64,000 bases of DNA from an uncultured Candidatus Saccharibacteria bacterium (GCA_964610055.1 CAZSUC010000001.1:6021-70020), one strand, 5' to 3'. Counted from the first letter of the stretch, positions 1-10,544 are shown. Made by a program: numbers and translations. Notes: generated from the sequence alone by a model not told the origin.

Positions 1-1537
1 GCCCTGCTTCCAATTCAGTTAAATGACTTTGCTCGGGATTTAGCTGCACCCACTTATGCAAAGCTTCATCGGGATGCACTTCATCTCCCACCGTGTGCTC
101 ATGTGCCGCGACGCTCGTTAAAAAATGGACTGTCTGCAATGAGAAAGCATCCAAAACCAAATATGGCCGCATCTCACCCTCTTCAGCCAACTGATTAATA
201 TAATTTGATACCACCGTTAAATCGCCCCGATACGCATAATGCGCTTCCGCGTCATTGCGGGAAATTAAGAAATATAATGTCCCGTCATACAACCCGCTTA
301 ACATTAATAATCCTCCCGCTCCGCCCAGTACTGCCGCTTGTACCTGTTGCCATGTCATCTTTCTCTTTAACCAATACAAACTAACTGATCCCGCCGTTCC
401 TGCCATCATAAATATCGGCACCAACATTCCAATTGATCTTAATCCATGCGGTATTCCTTCCGCTGTCGTCACCACTGGCGCCAACATCCCACCCAGTAAT
501 AACAACAAATAGGGGAATATCATATCCAAATGCAGTTCTTCTCCTTTAAAAATCTTATAAACACATTCCACGGTTCCGTTGATCACCCATGCCAAACCCA
601 ATAAACCTAAAATTCCAACTAGCGGATTCAGTAGGGGAAACCCCGCCACGTTATGTCTCCAATTTAAATCGCCGCTCCCTGCAAAAAACGACATGAGCGT
701 TTCTCTAGTTGAATACCATAATGTCCCCATTAAAGTTCCACCTCCATACTCACGTTGCAAATCTGCACTAAATACTGATACCTGTCCTGCTCTCCCCACA
801 AAATCCTCCGGATTTTGCACAAAATACCAACCCAACGGGGCAAATACTATCACTGCTGCTGCCAGCCCCGCTAACATTTGCCAACCATAACGCTTCCAAT
901 GTTCTAACCCGACCTTTTTATGCAAAGCCGCTAACAATAATATCACTGCTATTCCCGCCACCACCCCCACCATAATGCGAAAGGCGATATAAGTGTAAAA
1001 TCCACCGGCAAAAGCTGCGCCTGCCAACACCGCATAAATATACGATCGTTTAATTTGGCCTTTTTTAACTGATTGCACCACATATCCAACCCACGCCGTA
1101 AACAAAGCTAAAAATAGGGGAATGAGAATCGCCCTAAATCCAGTCCGCGATAAAGTTGTATGCCAATAGCTTGTCGCCAGCAAAAAAGCTGCCAACACTC
1201 CGCTTAACCGACCAAACCAGACTCGCGTCGCAAAATATATTGAGAAGACCGTGAGAATACCAACTACTGCTGCTACCGCATGCAATTGCCAAACACCCAC
1301 ACCAAACAATGCAATCGACGCCGCTTCTAAATAATAGAACAACGCTTCTCGCCCATTACCGCGCGGATAAAAGGGTCGCATATCCCCGTCTAAGATCAAT
1401 AACGCATCTTCCCCATTAGCCGCTTCATCTGGAAATAATCCGGGGGGATAGTTTTTAATATCATACAGTCGAAACCACATCGCCAAGACCACAATCCCTA
1501 TTACCATCAAGCCGGTTATCCACGCCCGTTTACTCAT
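1..1537 (-). CDS. GT-C fold membrane glycosyltransferase (ArnT/PMT, GT39/83-like), runs off the window
   Basis: Hand translation from ATG at 1537: MSKRAWITGLMVIGIVVLAMWFRLYDIKNYPPGLFPDEAANG...; RL...PPGL..DE motif followed by many TM segments; TGnTACAAT 6 nt before the ATG. Absent from the ORF track because it has no stop in the window. Confidence 0.85.
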   Translation of the reverse strand, partial: MSKRAWITGLMVIGIVVLAMWFRLYDIKNYPPGLFPDEAANGEDALLILDGDMRPFYPRGNGREALFYYLEAASIALFGVGVWQLHAVAAVVGILTVFSIYFATRVWFGRLSGVLAAFLLATSYWHTTLSRTGFRAILIPLFLALFTAWVGYVVQSVKKGQIKRSYIYAVLAGAAFAGGFYTYIAFRIMVGVVAGIAVILLLAALHKKVGLEHWKRYGWQMLAGLAAAVIVFAPLGWYFVQNPEDFVGRAGQVSVFSADLQREYGGGTLMGTLWYSTRETLMSFFAGSGDLNWRHNVAGFPLLNPLVGILGLLGLAWVINGTVECVYKIFKGEELHLDMIFPYLLLLLGGMLAPVVTTAEGIPHGLRSIGMLVPIFMMAGTAGSVSLYWLKRKMTWQQVQAAVLGGAGGLLMLSGLYDGTLYFLISRNDAEAHYAYRGDLTVVSNYINQLAEEGEMRPYLVLDAFSLQTVHFLTSVAAHEHTVGDEVHPDEALHKWVQLNPEQSHLTELEAG

Positions 1538-1579
1538 GCACACATTGTAGCAAAAAACCCCACAAATTTAATAAATGTT

Positions 1580-1655
1580 ATACTAATCTACATGTTCAAC
1601 GGTCTATCCCGTCGCAAAACAATCTATGCGTTTTTTGGAGCCATTACTGGCGCAA
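1580..1655 (+). repeat. 76-bp exact direct repeat, copy 1
   Basis: atactaatctacatgttcaacgg...attactggcgcaa is identical to 1918-1993. Confidence 0.97.
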
Positions 1656-1924
1656 TTCCTGGATTAATCTGGATTTGGTTTTTTAATTCAATTGCTATTG
1701 GACTAGGGGAAGAAGAATTTCTTTTTACTACTCAATATCCTCTCGCCTCAATTTTGTTAGTAGTTATCCCAATGGCTATCGCGATTAACTATTCTTTATA
1801 CGTTGCGACTATAGCTAATAACCATCGCCGATTCAAACTCGCTTTAGTTATTCCAGGTATTACATTGGTAACTATCTTTTTGTATATATCATTCGTCGTG
1901 CTGACTCATCTTCTCTCATACTAA
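1592..1924 (+). CDS. small 3-TM hypothetical membrane protein
   Basis: 110 aa with three hydrophobic stretches; TATACT 7 nt before the ATG; its stop codon lies inside repeat copy 2. Confidence 0.7.
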   Translation: MFNGLSRRKTIYAFFGAITGAIPGLIWIWFFNSIAIGLGEEEFLFTTQYPLASILLVVIPMAIAINYSLYVATIANNHRRFKLALVIPGITLVTIFLYISFVVLTHLLSY

Positions 1925-1993
1925 TCTACATGTTCAACGGTCTATCCCGTCGCAAAACAATCTATGCGTTTTTTGGAGCCATTACTGGCGCAA
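1918..1993 (+). repeat. 76-bp exact direct repeat, copy 2
   Basis: Identical to 1580-1655 (offset 338). Confidence 0.97.
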
Positions 1994-2148
1994 CCATTAT
2001 CTGTGCCTCAGTTACAACATTCACCACGCACACTACCAACGCCACCGCGCAAACCTTGATACGCATCACAATCACTCCTTATGCAATTGTCAGAGAACAA
2101 AAAACGTGTCTTAAATTTAATAAAATTGTTCTAGCGAAGCAAAGCTAA
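1930..2148 (+). CDS. hypothetical protein sharing its first 21 aa with the upstream gene (possibly a remnant)
   Basis: 72 aa; MFNGLSRRKTIYAFFGAITGA followed by an unrelated Thr-rich tail. Confidence 0.4.
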   Translation: MFNGLSRRKTIYAFFGAITGATIICASVTTFTTHTTNATAQTLIRITITPYAIVREQKTCLKFNKIVLAKQS

Positions 2149-2155
2149 TTTAACT

Positions 2156-4984
2156 TTATCCCAGCATCTTCTTTAAATATTGCCCGGTATAACTTTGTTT
2201 AACCTGTGCCACTTCTCGCGGTGTACCTACCGCCACCACCGTCCCGCCATGATCACCGCCATCCGGCCCCATATCAATAATATGATCGGCCGACTTAATG
2301 ACATCTAAATTATGTTCAATCACTAACACTGAATTACCCTTATCAACCAACCGCTGTAACACCGCCAACAATCGCCGCACATCATCAAAATGCAAACCAG
2401 TCGTTGGCTCGTCTAAAATATACAAAGTTTTACCTGTCGCCCGTCGCGATAATTCAGTCGCTAATTTAATCCGCTGCGCTTCTCCACCCGACAAGGTTGT
2501 CGCTGGCTGACCCAAGTGAATATATCCTAGCCCCACATCGTTCAAAGTTTGCATTTTATCTCTAATTGTCGGCACTGGTTTGAAAAATTCCAACGCCTGT
2601 TCCACCGTCATATCCAATACATCTGCAATCGTCTTCCCTTTATATTCCACCTCCAACGCCTCCGCGTTATACCGCTTCCCATGACACTCATCACACTCAA
2701 CATAAACATCCGGCAAGAAATGCATCTCAATCTTTAGCACTCCATCGCCCTGACACGTCTCACATCGTCCACCCTTCACATTAAATGAGAACCGCCCCGC
2801 CTGATACCCCCGCACTCGCGCTTCTTCGGTTGCGGCAAACAAATCTCTAATAGACGTAAACACACCGGTGTACGTGGCTGGATTACTTCTCGGCGTTCGA
2901 CCAATCGGAGACTGATCAATCGTAATTACCTTATCTAAATTACTTAATCCAGTAATCTTTTCGTATCTTCCCGGTTGCGTGCGAGCGCGATGAAATTCTC
3001 GCGCCAACACTTTCGCCAAAATATCATTGATCAAAGTTGATTTTCCCGACCCCGACACCCCTGTCACACACGTAAATACACCCAATGGAATATCGACTGT
3101 TACGTTTTTCAAATTATGCTCGCTCGCATTTTTTATACTCAACACCTTCCCCGAACCGTGGCGATATTCTTTCGGCGCTTCAATTTCTAATTTACCAGCT
3201 AAATATTTTCCGGTTAAAGTCGCGCTGCGCTCTAACTGCTTCGGTGTTCCTTGAAAAACCACCACGCCGCCATGCTTACCCGCACCCGGACCAATATCAA
3301 TTACCTGATCCGCCATCCGAATAGTTTCCTCATCATGTTCAACTACCACCACGCTGTTACCTAGATCACGCAAGTTAATCAATGTCTTAATTAACCGACT
3401 ATTGTCACGTTGGTGTAATCCAATCGATGGTTCATCTAAAATATACAGCACACCCACCAAGCCTGATCCAATTTGAGTCGCCAACCGAATCCGTTGCGCT
3501 TCTCCGCCAGCTAAAGTTGAAGCTCGTCGATCCAAAGTCAGATAAGATAATCCCACATTCTCTAAAAACTGCAACCGATCACAAACTTCCTTTAAAATCT
3601 GTTTAGCAATCTTTTGTTTTTGCTCACCAAATTCCAGATTTTTACCCGCACGCATTGTCCGGAAAAAATCTAACAGCTTATCTACCGGCATCGTCACAAT
3701 TTCATTGATATTTTTCCCACCCACCGTCACTGCTAAAGGACCTGGTTTTAATTTCTTCCCCTGACATACCGGACATTCCTGCTCTATCATATATTGCTCA
3801 ATCTCCAGCTTCATCGCTTCACTGCTAGACTCGCGATAACGACGCATTAATTGCGGAATTACCCCTTCATACACCGTTTCCCAAGTCCCGCGCTGAGTGC
3901 GCACTGTAATCGCTATATCTGAACCATATAATATTTTTTCTAAATCCTGCGCCGGCAAATCCTGCACTGGCACTTGCATATCAATTCCTTCCGCCCGGGC
4001 AAATGTTCGTAGCAACTTATCATACCATCGACTACGTCCCGATTTACTCCAGGGCTTAATTGCCCCTTCCGCTAAACTTAATCGTCGATTTGGCACCACT
4101 AAATCTTCAGAAATTTCTTGTTTCGTTCCTAATCCCGTACATTCCGGACATGCTCCATGCGGAGAATTAAATGAAAAATCCCGTGGCTCAATCGACGGTA
4201 AACTTACCCCACATTCCGAACAAGCAAAATCTTCCGAAAAATTCCATTCCTGATCCCCCTCAGCCTCCGCCACCACCACTAAACCACCACCATGTTTCAC
4301 TGCTGTTTCCAAAGAATCAATTAACCGCGGCTTATCTGGTTTGTCTTCCAAGAAATATCGATCCACCACGATTTCAATCGTGTGTCTCTTTTGTTTATCC
4401 AATTTTATTCCTAACGCTTCATCTAATTCATACGCTGTTCCGTCCAATCTAACTCTGGCATAACCTAAATTGCGCACATCTTCCAATACTTGCCGATGCT
4501 CTCCTTTCCGATCTCGCACAATCGGCGCTAAAATCAACAACTTACTTCCGTGCGGTAACTTCACTACCTGATCCGCCATTTGCTTAACTGATTGACGCTC
4601 AATCAAACGTCCGCATTGTGGACAATGTGCTGTCCCAGTGCGTGAATACAACAAGCGTAAATAATCATATATTTCCGTTACTGTTCCAACCGTCGAACGC
4701 GGATTCCTGGAAGACGTTTTTTGATCAATTGAAATAGCAGGGGAGAGACCATCAATCTGATCAACATCAGGTTTATCCATCAAGCCTAAAAATTGCCGCG
4801 CGTAAGCCGACAACGATTCCACATATCTACGCTGGCCTTCCGCATACAACGTATCAAACGCCAAAGAGGACTTCCCCGAGCCAGACAATCCGGTTAAAAC
4901 CACCAGCTTATTCCGTGGAATTTTCACCGTAATATTTCGCAGATTATGCACCCGCGCTCCTTTGATTACAATTTCATCGGCCAT
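2156..4984 (-). CDS. uvrA: excinuclease ABC subunit A
   Basis: GARVHNL, two Walker A motifs ([16 protein letters not shown]), Zn fingers, [12 protein letters not shown]. Confidence 0.99.
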   Translation of the reverse strand: MADEIVIKGARVHNLRNITVKIPRNKLVVLTGLSGSGKSSLAFDTLYAEGQRRYVESLSAYARQFLGLMDKPDVDQIDGLSPAISIDQKTSSRNPRSTVGTVTEIYDYLRLLYSRTGTAHCPQCGRLIERQSVKQMADQVVKLPHGSKLLILAPIVRDRKGEHRQVLEDVRNLGYARVRLDGTAYELDEALGIKLDKQKRHTIEIVVDRYFLEDKPDKPRLIDSLETAVKHGGGLVVVAEAEGDQEWNFSEDFACSECGVSLPSIEPRDFSFNSPHGACPECTGLGTKQEISEDLVVPNRRLSLAEGAIKPWSKSGRSRWYDKLLRTFARAEGIDMQVPVQDLPAQDLEKILYGSDIAITVRTQRGTWETVYEGVIPQLMRRYRESSSEAMKLEIEQYMIEQECPVCQGKKLKPGPLAVTVGGKNINEIVTMPVDKLLDFFRTMRAGKNLEFGEQKQKIAKQILKEVCDRLQFLENVGLSYLTLDRRASTLAGGEAQRIRLATQIGSGLVGVLYILDEPSIGLHQRDNSRLIKTLINLRDLGNSVVVVEHDEETIRMADQVIDIGPGAGKHGGVVVFQGTPKQLERSATLTGKYLAGKLEIEAPKEYRHGSGKVLSIKNASEHNLKNVTVDIPLGVFTCVTGVSGSGKSTLINDILAKVLAREFHRARTQPGRYEKITGLSNLDKVITIDQSPIGRTPRSNPATYTGVFTSIRDLFAATEEARVRGYQAGRFSFNVKGGRCETCQGDGVLKIEMHFLPDVYVECDECHGKRYNAEALEVEYKGKTIADVLDMTVEQALEFFKPVPTIRDKMQTLNDVGLGYIHLGQPATTLSGGEAQRIKLATELSRRATGKTLYILDEPTTGLHFDDVRRLLAVLQRLVDKGNSVLVIEHNLDVIKSADHIIDMGPDGGDHGGTVVAVGTPREVAQVKQSYTGQYLKKMLG

Positions 4985-5072
4985 AGCAAAGAATTAGTAT
5001 AGGCTGTTTGTCAACTCAGAGCAACCTCGCTTAAAAGACAATTTCGCTTTATCTCGGTAACATACATAATAT

Positions 5073-6857
5073 ATGTCGGAAAATTTGGCTCAGCAATTAA
5101 AAAGTTTACCAGCCCAACCCGGAGTTTACATTTTTAAAAATTCCGCCGGAGAAGTGCTTTATGTTGGCAAAGCCAAAAAACTGCGTTCTCGGGTCCCCAG
5201 CTATTTTCGCCCTCGCGCCAATTTAGACCCCGCCAAAGCCCGCATGGTTCCTAAAATCTCCTCTCTCGACACTATATTGTGCGACACTGAGATAGAAGCC
5301 CTAGTTTTAGAAGCCAACCTCATCCGCCAACACAAACCTCCATATAACGTCCTGCTCACCGACGATAAATTTTACCTCTTCATAAAAATAACCAACGAAC
5401 CCCTCCCCCGCATCTACCCTGTACGACGTATTTCGCCAGACGGCGCAAAATATTTTGGTCCCTACTCCTCCGCCAAGTCAGTCCGCGATACTCTGCAATT
5501 ACTTCGTCGCATCTTCCCTTATCATGGCGAAAAAGATCATCCTCGTGATCGCATCTTTCCTCATTCCCTTTTCCATACTAATTCCAATCACCCTGCTCAT
5601 ATTACTCCCGCCGAATATCAGACCAATATTGCTCAAATCACTCGTTTTCTTCAGGGTGATCGGGACGAAATTTTACAGACCCTTACTTCTGGCATGCGCC
5701 TTGCTTCACAAGCGCACGAATATGAACGTGCCGCTCTTTTTCGTGATCAAATCACAGCTATCGAACGCCTTGAAGGTAATCAAAAAGTATATTTGTCTCG
5801 CCCCGAACCATTTGACGTCTTCAGTCTTGCTCATGAAAAAACTCGCACCGCTGCTAATATTTTTTCTATTCGTAAAGGAAAACTTTTAGCCAAAAATACT
5901 TTCTTACTGAAACATTCTCCCGGCACAACTACTTCTGATATCCTCCGCCAATTTCTACTTCAATATTATCGCGATGCCCAAGACATTCCTCAACGCGTCT
6001 TTTTACCTGAACTCCCTGCCGATAGTTCCGTGATTCGTCGCTGGATTAATCCTCATCATCCGCCTCGCTTTACCATTCCTCAGCGGGGATCCAAAAAGAA
6101 ACTGCTTACCATGGGCATCGCTAACGCCCAACAATTACTTACTCATGAACGCACTCACTTTGAACAAGACGCTCGCCTCAAACAAGCTCTCAGTGAATTA
6201 ACCCAGGCTTTGCATCTCTCTTCCCGTCCACTACATCGGATTGAAACTTATGATATTTCGAATACTCAGGGCACTAACGCCACCGGCTCTATGGTTGTCT
6301 TCATCGACGGTCACCCTCGTCCGGGCGAATACCGCAAATTCCGCCTCAAACCAGAGCCGGATCTTCCTGCCGGACAAGCTAATGACTATCGCATGCTCCA
6401 ACAAGTCCTCTCCCGACGTTTTAGTGTTAAACACTCCGACTGGACTCAACCCGACCTCGTTATCATTGACGGCGGTAAAGGCCAACTGTCTTCTGCTCTC
6501 AAAATCATGCGCGAACTTGCTCCTCAAATCCCAGTTGTGTCTCTCGCCAAACAAGAAGAGCTGTTATTCCTTCCTAACCAATCCGAACCAGTCCGACTAC
6601 CTTATGATTCCGACGCTCTTTATCTCGTTCAGCGTATGCGCGACGAAGCTCATCGTTTTACTATTCAATACCATCGCTTACTTCGCAGCCGCCGCTCCAC
6701 CCGTTCTGTCCTTGATGACATTCCTGGCATCGGCCCCAAGACCAAACGTAAGTTGCTCCGCCACTTTGGTTCCATCCAACGTCTCCGCTCCAGCTCCCTG
6801 GCTGAGTTGGAAGCCGTCATCGGTAGCAAAGCTGCTGTCCTAAAAGAATTTTTATAG
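5073..6857 (+). CDS. uvrC: excinuclease ABC subunit C
   Basis: GIY-YIG N-terminus (PGVY..YVGKAK.LR.RV), RIETYDIS, IIDGGKGQ, RDEAHRF, HhH IPGIGPK. Confidence 0.98.
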   Translation: MSENLAQQLKSLPAQPGVYIFKNSAGEVLYVGKAKKLRSRVPSYFRPRANLDPAKARMVPKISSLDTILCDTEIEALVLEANLIRQHKPPYNVLLTDDKFYLFIKITNEPLPRIYPVRRISPDGAKYFGPYSSAKSVRDTLQLLRRIFPYHGEKDHPRDRIFPHSLFHTNSNHPAHITPAEYQTNIAQITRFLQGDRDEILQTLTSGMRLASQAHEYERAALFRDQITAIERLEGNQKVYLSRPEPFDVFSLAHEKTRTAANIFSIRKGKLLAKNTFLLKHSPGTTTSDILRQFLLQYYRDAQDIPQRVFLPELPADSSVIRRWINPHHPPRFTIPQRGSKKKLLTMGIANAQQLLTHERTHFEQDARLKQALSELTQALHLSSRPLHRIETYDISNTQGTNATGSMVVFIDGHPRPGEYRKFRLKPEPDLPAGQANDYRMLQQVLSRRFSVKHSDWTQPDLVIIDGGKGQLSSALKIMRELAPQIPVVSLAKQEELLFLPNQSEPVRLPYDSDALYLVQRMRDEAHRFTIQYHRLLRSRRSTRSVLDDIPGIGPKTKRKLLRHFGSIQRLRSSSLAELEAVIGSKAAVLKEFL

Positions 6858-6956
6858 TAATTGTGGTAAAATATAAAGACAAATTTATAAAACATTGTCA
6901 ACCTTGACGCCTTCCTCATCCTTCCGTAACGTAGAGGATTGACACTTCATCTACCT

Positions 6957-7169
6957 ATGACTTTCTCAGACATCGCCCTTATTATCGTCTCACTTGGCCT
7001 TATCTCTGCCATACTATTGCAAAACCGCTCAGCCGGACTCGGCGGCGCTTTTGGCGGCGGTGAAGGCTTTTATGTCCGGCGCGGTAGCGAAAAACGGCTT
7101 TTCCAAATCACTGTTATCCTAGCCGTTATTTTCCTCGTTATTGTCGCTTCCCACCTTTTCGTAAACTAA
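6957..7169 (+). CDS. secG: preprotein translocase subunit SecG
   Basis: ILLQ..SAGLGGAFGGG...RRGSEK with two TMs; ATG at 6957 preferred over the upstream TTG. Confidence 0.93.
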   Translation: MTFSDIALIIVSLGLISAILLQNRSAGLGGAFGGGEGFYVRRGSEKRLFQITVILAVIFLVIVASHLFVN

Positions 7170-7173
7170 AACC

Positions 7174-7689
7174 TTGGCCTTTAATCAGCCCCTCAATCTA
7201 TCCCTATTCACTCGGCGTTTACCTGTTATCCTAGCGCTTGTTCTCCTCTCTGTCGGTGGTATTTTCTTACTCACTCGCGCTGACCGCCAAGCTCGCGACA
7301 CTATTCGCAAGCATCATCTACAAGATATAGAAGACTCATTGTATTTAGCCTATTCGACTCACGGTGAATATCCGCCTTATGGAGTTTCTTCTTGGTGCGG
7401 TCGTCTTAATGATCCAGCTAACGCAGAAATCCGCGCCCAAATTGAAACCAGCCTACGCCAAAAAATTGAAAAATACGCTAATCCTGATAAACCTTTCCCA
7501 AGCGACCCTAGCTATGCCGGCACCAATCAAGACTATTTTTACTGGAAACACAGTCCTGCTTCCTTTGAACTTTTTTCCATTTTAGAAGCGGATGACAATA
7601 ACAATCGCACTGTCACTGCTTGCACTGAAGCCGACGATAGTACTGCTTACGACTACGGCATCAATTCCATTTTACGCGAACAACCCTAG
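7174..7689 (+). CDS. type IV pilin/GspG-like protein
   Basis: TM followed by ARDTIRKHHLQDIEDSLYLAYSTHGEYP and a later P.DP motif, the typical pseudopilin helix pattern. Confidence 0.65.
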   Translation: MAFNQPLNLSLFTRRLPVILALVLLSVGGIFLLTRADRQARDTIRKHHLQDIEDSLYLAYSTHGEYPPYGVSSWCGRLNDPANAEIRAQIETSLRQKIEKYANPDKPFPSDPSYAGTNQDYFYWKHSPASFELFSILEADDNNNRTVTACTEADDSTAYDYGINSILREQP

Positions 7690-7694
7690 TCCTC

Positions 7695-9434
7695 ATGTTT
7701 AAGCTTCCGTCTAATTTTTCGCGTTTACGTTTCCCTAAATTACAGTGGCCCGCTTTTACTGAACGTATTCGCACTCATCTTTCGCGTACCGAACAAGCCT
7801 TGCTCGGCTGGCTCATTCTTTTAGTTTTCGTTTCTGGAATTTGGAGCTTAGTTGGATATATCGGCCGCCATACCGAACTCATTGCTCAAACCGGCGGTAC
7901 TTACACCGAAGCCGCCGTTGGTCAACCGCGTTATCTCAACCCTATCCTCGCCATCCGCAGTGGTAACGACATTGATGTCGATATTTCTCAGCTCGTCTAC
8001 TCGTCTCTCTTCAAATTCGACTCTGATTTAAACTTAGTTCCTGATTTAGCCACAACTTACGAGCTCTCCGAAAACGACACTCTTTACACCGTTCACTTAC
8101 GCAACGATGTCCAATGGCACGACGGCGAACATTTTGATGCTGACGACGTTCTTTTCACTATCCGCAGTATCCAAACTCCTGATTACGGCTCCCCCCTCGA
8201 GAGCGATTTTCAAGGCATTGTGATCGAAAAAATTGATGACTACACCATTACCTTCAAACTCAGTAATCCTTACGCTCCTTTTCTCTCCAGCCTGACTGTC
8301 GGTATTGTTCCTGAACATGTTTGGGAAGATATCGCTCCTAACAACGCTCCTTTAGCGGAACAAATTCTTAAACCAGTCGGTACCGGCCCTTACCAATTTG
8401 CAGAACGAAAAACTCGTCGTAAAACCGGTGAAATTACTGAAATTCACCTCGAACGCAACGACAAATATTATGGCCAGCACCAATATATCGATGATATTAT
8501 CTTTGCTTTTTACAACAGTTATGACGAAGCCACCCAAGCTCTTGTCTCCGGCCAAGTCGACGGCGTCAGTTTCCTACCACTTCAATATTTAGAAGATATT
8601 GAAAAACATAAATCTCTTACCATTCACGAACTTAAGTTACCTCAGTATTTTGCCCTCTTCTTTAATCAACAACGCAATGATATTCTGAACGACTCCGGTA
8701 TTCGTAACGCCCTTGCTCTCGGTACTAATCGCGAAGAAATCGTTCAAGAAGCCTTGCAAGGTATGGGTGAACCTCTTCAGCTTCCTATTCCGCCTGGTAT
8801 TTTTGCTTTTAATAATGAATTAGGCGGCTCCAGTTACGACGAGGAAAAAGCCAAACAAAATCTCGAAGAATCTGGTTGGACTGACATTGACGGCGATGGT
8901 ATTCGTGAAAAAGATGACACACGTTTACACTTAACTATTACCACAACCGATTGGCCTGATTACGTTCGCACGGCTGAAATTATTCAAGCCCAATGGCAAA
9001 AAATTGGCATTGAAACTGAAATCCAGCACTACGGTGCCGGCACTATCCAACAAACTGTTATTCGTCCCCGCGACTATGAAATTTTACTCTTCGGTCAAAT
9101 TTTACCAGCCATCCCCGACCCTTATCCTTTCTGGCATTCCACTCAAACCCGCAGCCCCGGCCTTAATTTCTCCCTCTTCAAAAACGAACAAGTCGATAAG
9201 CTCTTGGAAGAAGCCCGCAAAACCATGGATGACTCTGTTCGCCGAGAAAAATATGAAGAGTTTCAAGGTATCATCTTAGACCTCAAACCTGCTCTAATTC
9301 TGTATCGTCCGTATTATCTTTTTGCTGCCAAAAACTCTGTGCGCGGTATTAACGCTAATAACGCCGCTTTAACTTCCGGTCGCTTTAATAATATTGAAGA
9401 ATGGCACGTCCGCACTAAACGCGTTTGGAAATAA
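7695..9434 (+). CDS. membrane-anchored ABC peptide/nickel substrate-binding protein (OppA/DppA family)
   Basis: LNP, PDLA, WHDG..F.ADDV.FT, PVGTGPY, DPYPFWHS. Confidence 0.93.
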   Translation: MFKLPSNFSRLRFPKLQWPAFTERIRTHLSRTEQALLGWLILLVFVSGIWSLVGYIGRHTELIAQTGGTYTEAAVGQPRYLNPILAIRSGNDIDVDISQLVYSSLFKFDSDLNLVPDLATTYELSENDTLYTVHLRNDVQWHDGEHFDADDVLFTIRSIQTPDYGSPLESDFQGIVIEKIDDYTITFKLSNPYAPFLSSLTVGIVPEHVWEDIAPNNAPLAEQILKPVGTGPYQFAERKTRRKTGEITEIHLERNDKYYGQHQYIDDIIFAFYNSYDEATQALVSGQVDGVSFLPLQYLEDIEKHKSLTIHELKLPQYFALFFNQQRNDILNDSGIRNALALGTNREEIVQEALQGMGEPLQLPIPPGIFAFNNELGGSSYDEEKAKQNLEESGWTDIDGDGIREKDDTRLHLTITTTDWPDYVRTAEIIQAQWQKIGIETEIQHYGAGTIQQTVIRPRDYEILLFGQILPAIPDPYPFWHSTQTRSPGLNFSLFKNEQVDKLLEEARKTMDDSVRREKYEEFQGIILDLKPALILYRPYYLFAAKNSVRGINANNAALTSGRFNNIEEWHVRTKRVWK

Positions 9435-9477
9435 TTATCCATTGCCGTTTCTGTAAGTCAGTGCCTACAATACCTGT

Positions 9478-10476
9478 ATGCACAACATCATTTCTCAATT
9501 ACCCGATCAAATTCTTCATTCTTTAGAAGTCAACGCCGCAGTTACGGCTGACTCTCAAGCCGACAGTCTCATCCTGGCCGGCCTCGGCGGCAGCTGGCAA
9601 CCAGGTGAACTGCTTAATCTCTTAGACCTCCCCACCGTTCCCCTATACATTCACCGCAATTACGGACTACCCCACATTTTTTCTCAAAAACCACTGCTCA
9701 TCGCGAGCTCATACTCCGGTAATACCGAAGAAACAATCTCCGCTTATGAAGCGGCTCACACCGCCGGTTACCCCATCTTAGTTAATTCCGCCGGTGGTAC
9801 TTTAGCCGAATGGGCTGCGCGTGATAATTTCCCCTTTGCTAAAATCGACTACCCCGGCATGCAGCCACGCCACACCACCTTAGCCAGCTTCACTGGTCTG
9901 TATACCGCCTTGCGCAACGCTGGTTTAGTTAAAGATATTACTAACGATTTAGTTACTGCCGCCGCTACCCTGCGCACAGTTTTAGCCGACATCGAAACTC
10001 CAGCCCAAGCTGTAGCCGACACTCTCGTCGGTAAAATCCCGCTATACATCGCTTCTGATGAAATGGCCTATGCCGCTTGGAATTTCAAAATCCAAACTAA
10101 CGAAAATACTAAAGCGCCCGCATTTTGGAATAAGCTGCCGGAAGCCAATCACAACGAACTGGTCAGTTTCAGTTCCTTGAAAACAATTTTCTCTGATCCA
10201 ACTCACGCCCCGCAATTTCACGCTGTCTTCCTGCACAGCAGTCTCGATTACCCCCGCACTCAAACTCGCCTTAAGATTACTCGTGACCTGTACGAACAAT
10301 GGGGCATTACAACAACTGACCTGGTTTTGGCTGGTACTTCTCGCCTTGATCAAATCTTTTATGCCATCGCCTTTGGTCTCACCACCACCTTAGCTTTAGC
10401 CGAAAAATACGGCATCGACCCTATCCCCGTCGCTGGAGTTGAAGACTTTAAGTCCCGCCTTAAAAAAGCCTCTTAA
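9478..10476 (+). CDS. bifunctional phosphoglucose/phosphomannose isomerase (SIS family)
   Basis: GLGGS, SSYSGNTEET, QPR, NENTK, PEANHNE. Confidence 0.92.
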   Translation: MHNIISQLPDQILHSLEVNAAVTADSQADSLILAGLGGSWQPGELLNLLDLPTVPLYIHRNYGLPHIFSQKPLLIASSYSGNTEETISAYEAAHTAGYPILVNSAGGTLAEWAARDNFPFAKIDYPGMQPRHTTLASFTGLYTALRNAGLVKDITNDLVTAAATLRTVLADIETPAQAVADTLVGKIPLYIASDEMAYAAWNFKIQTNENTKAPAFWNKLPEANHNELVSFSSLKTIFSDPTHAPQFHAVFLHSSLDYPRTQTRLKITRDLYEQWGITTTDLVLAGTSRLDQIFYAIAFGLTTTLALAEKYGIDPIPVAGVEDFKSRLKKAS

Positions 10477-10544
10477 TATGGCCTATTAATCACGCAGAAT
10501 TGGTAAACGTACTGCAATATTAAACATTATACTAAATACTAAAT

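Noticed and set aside
255-890. Plus-strand ORFs 255-512 and 579-890
   Set aside because: Antisense shadows of the minus-strand glycosyltransferase that spans 1-1537
1580-1993. Direct repeats as a CRISPR array
   Set aside because: Only two copies, 76 bp long, 262 bp apart, protein-coding, and no cas genes in the window
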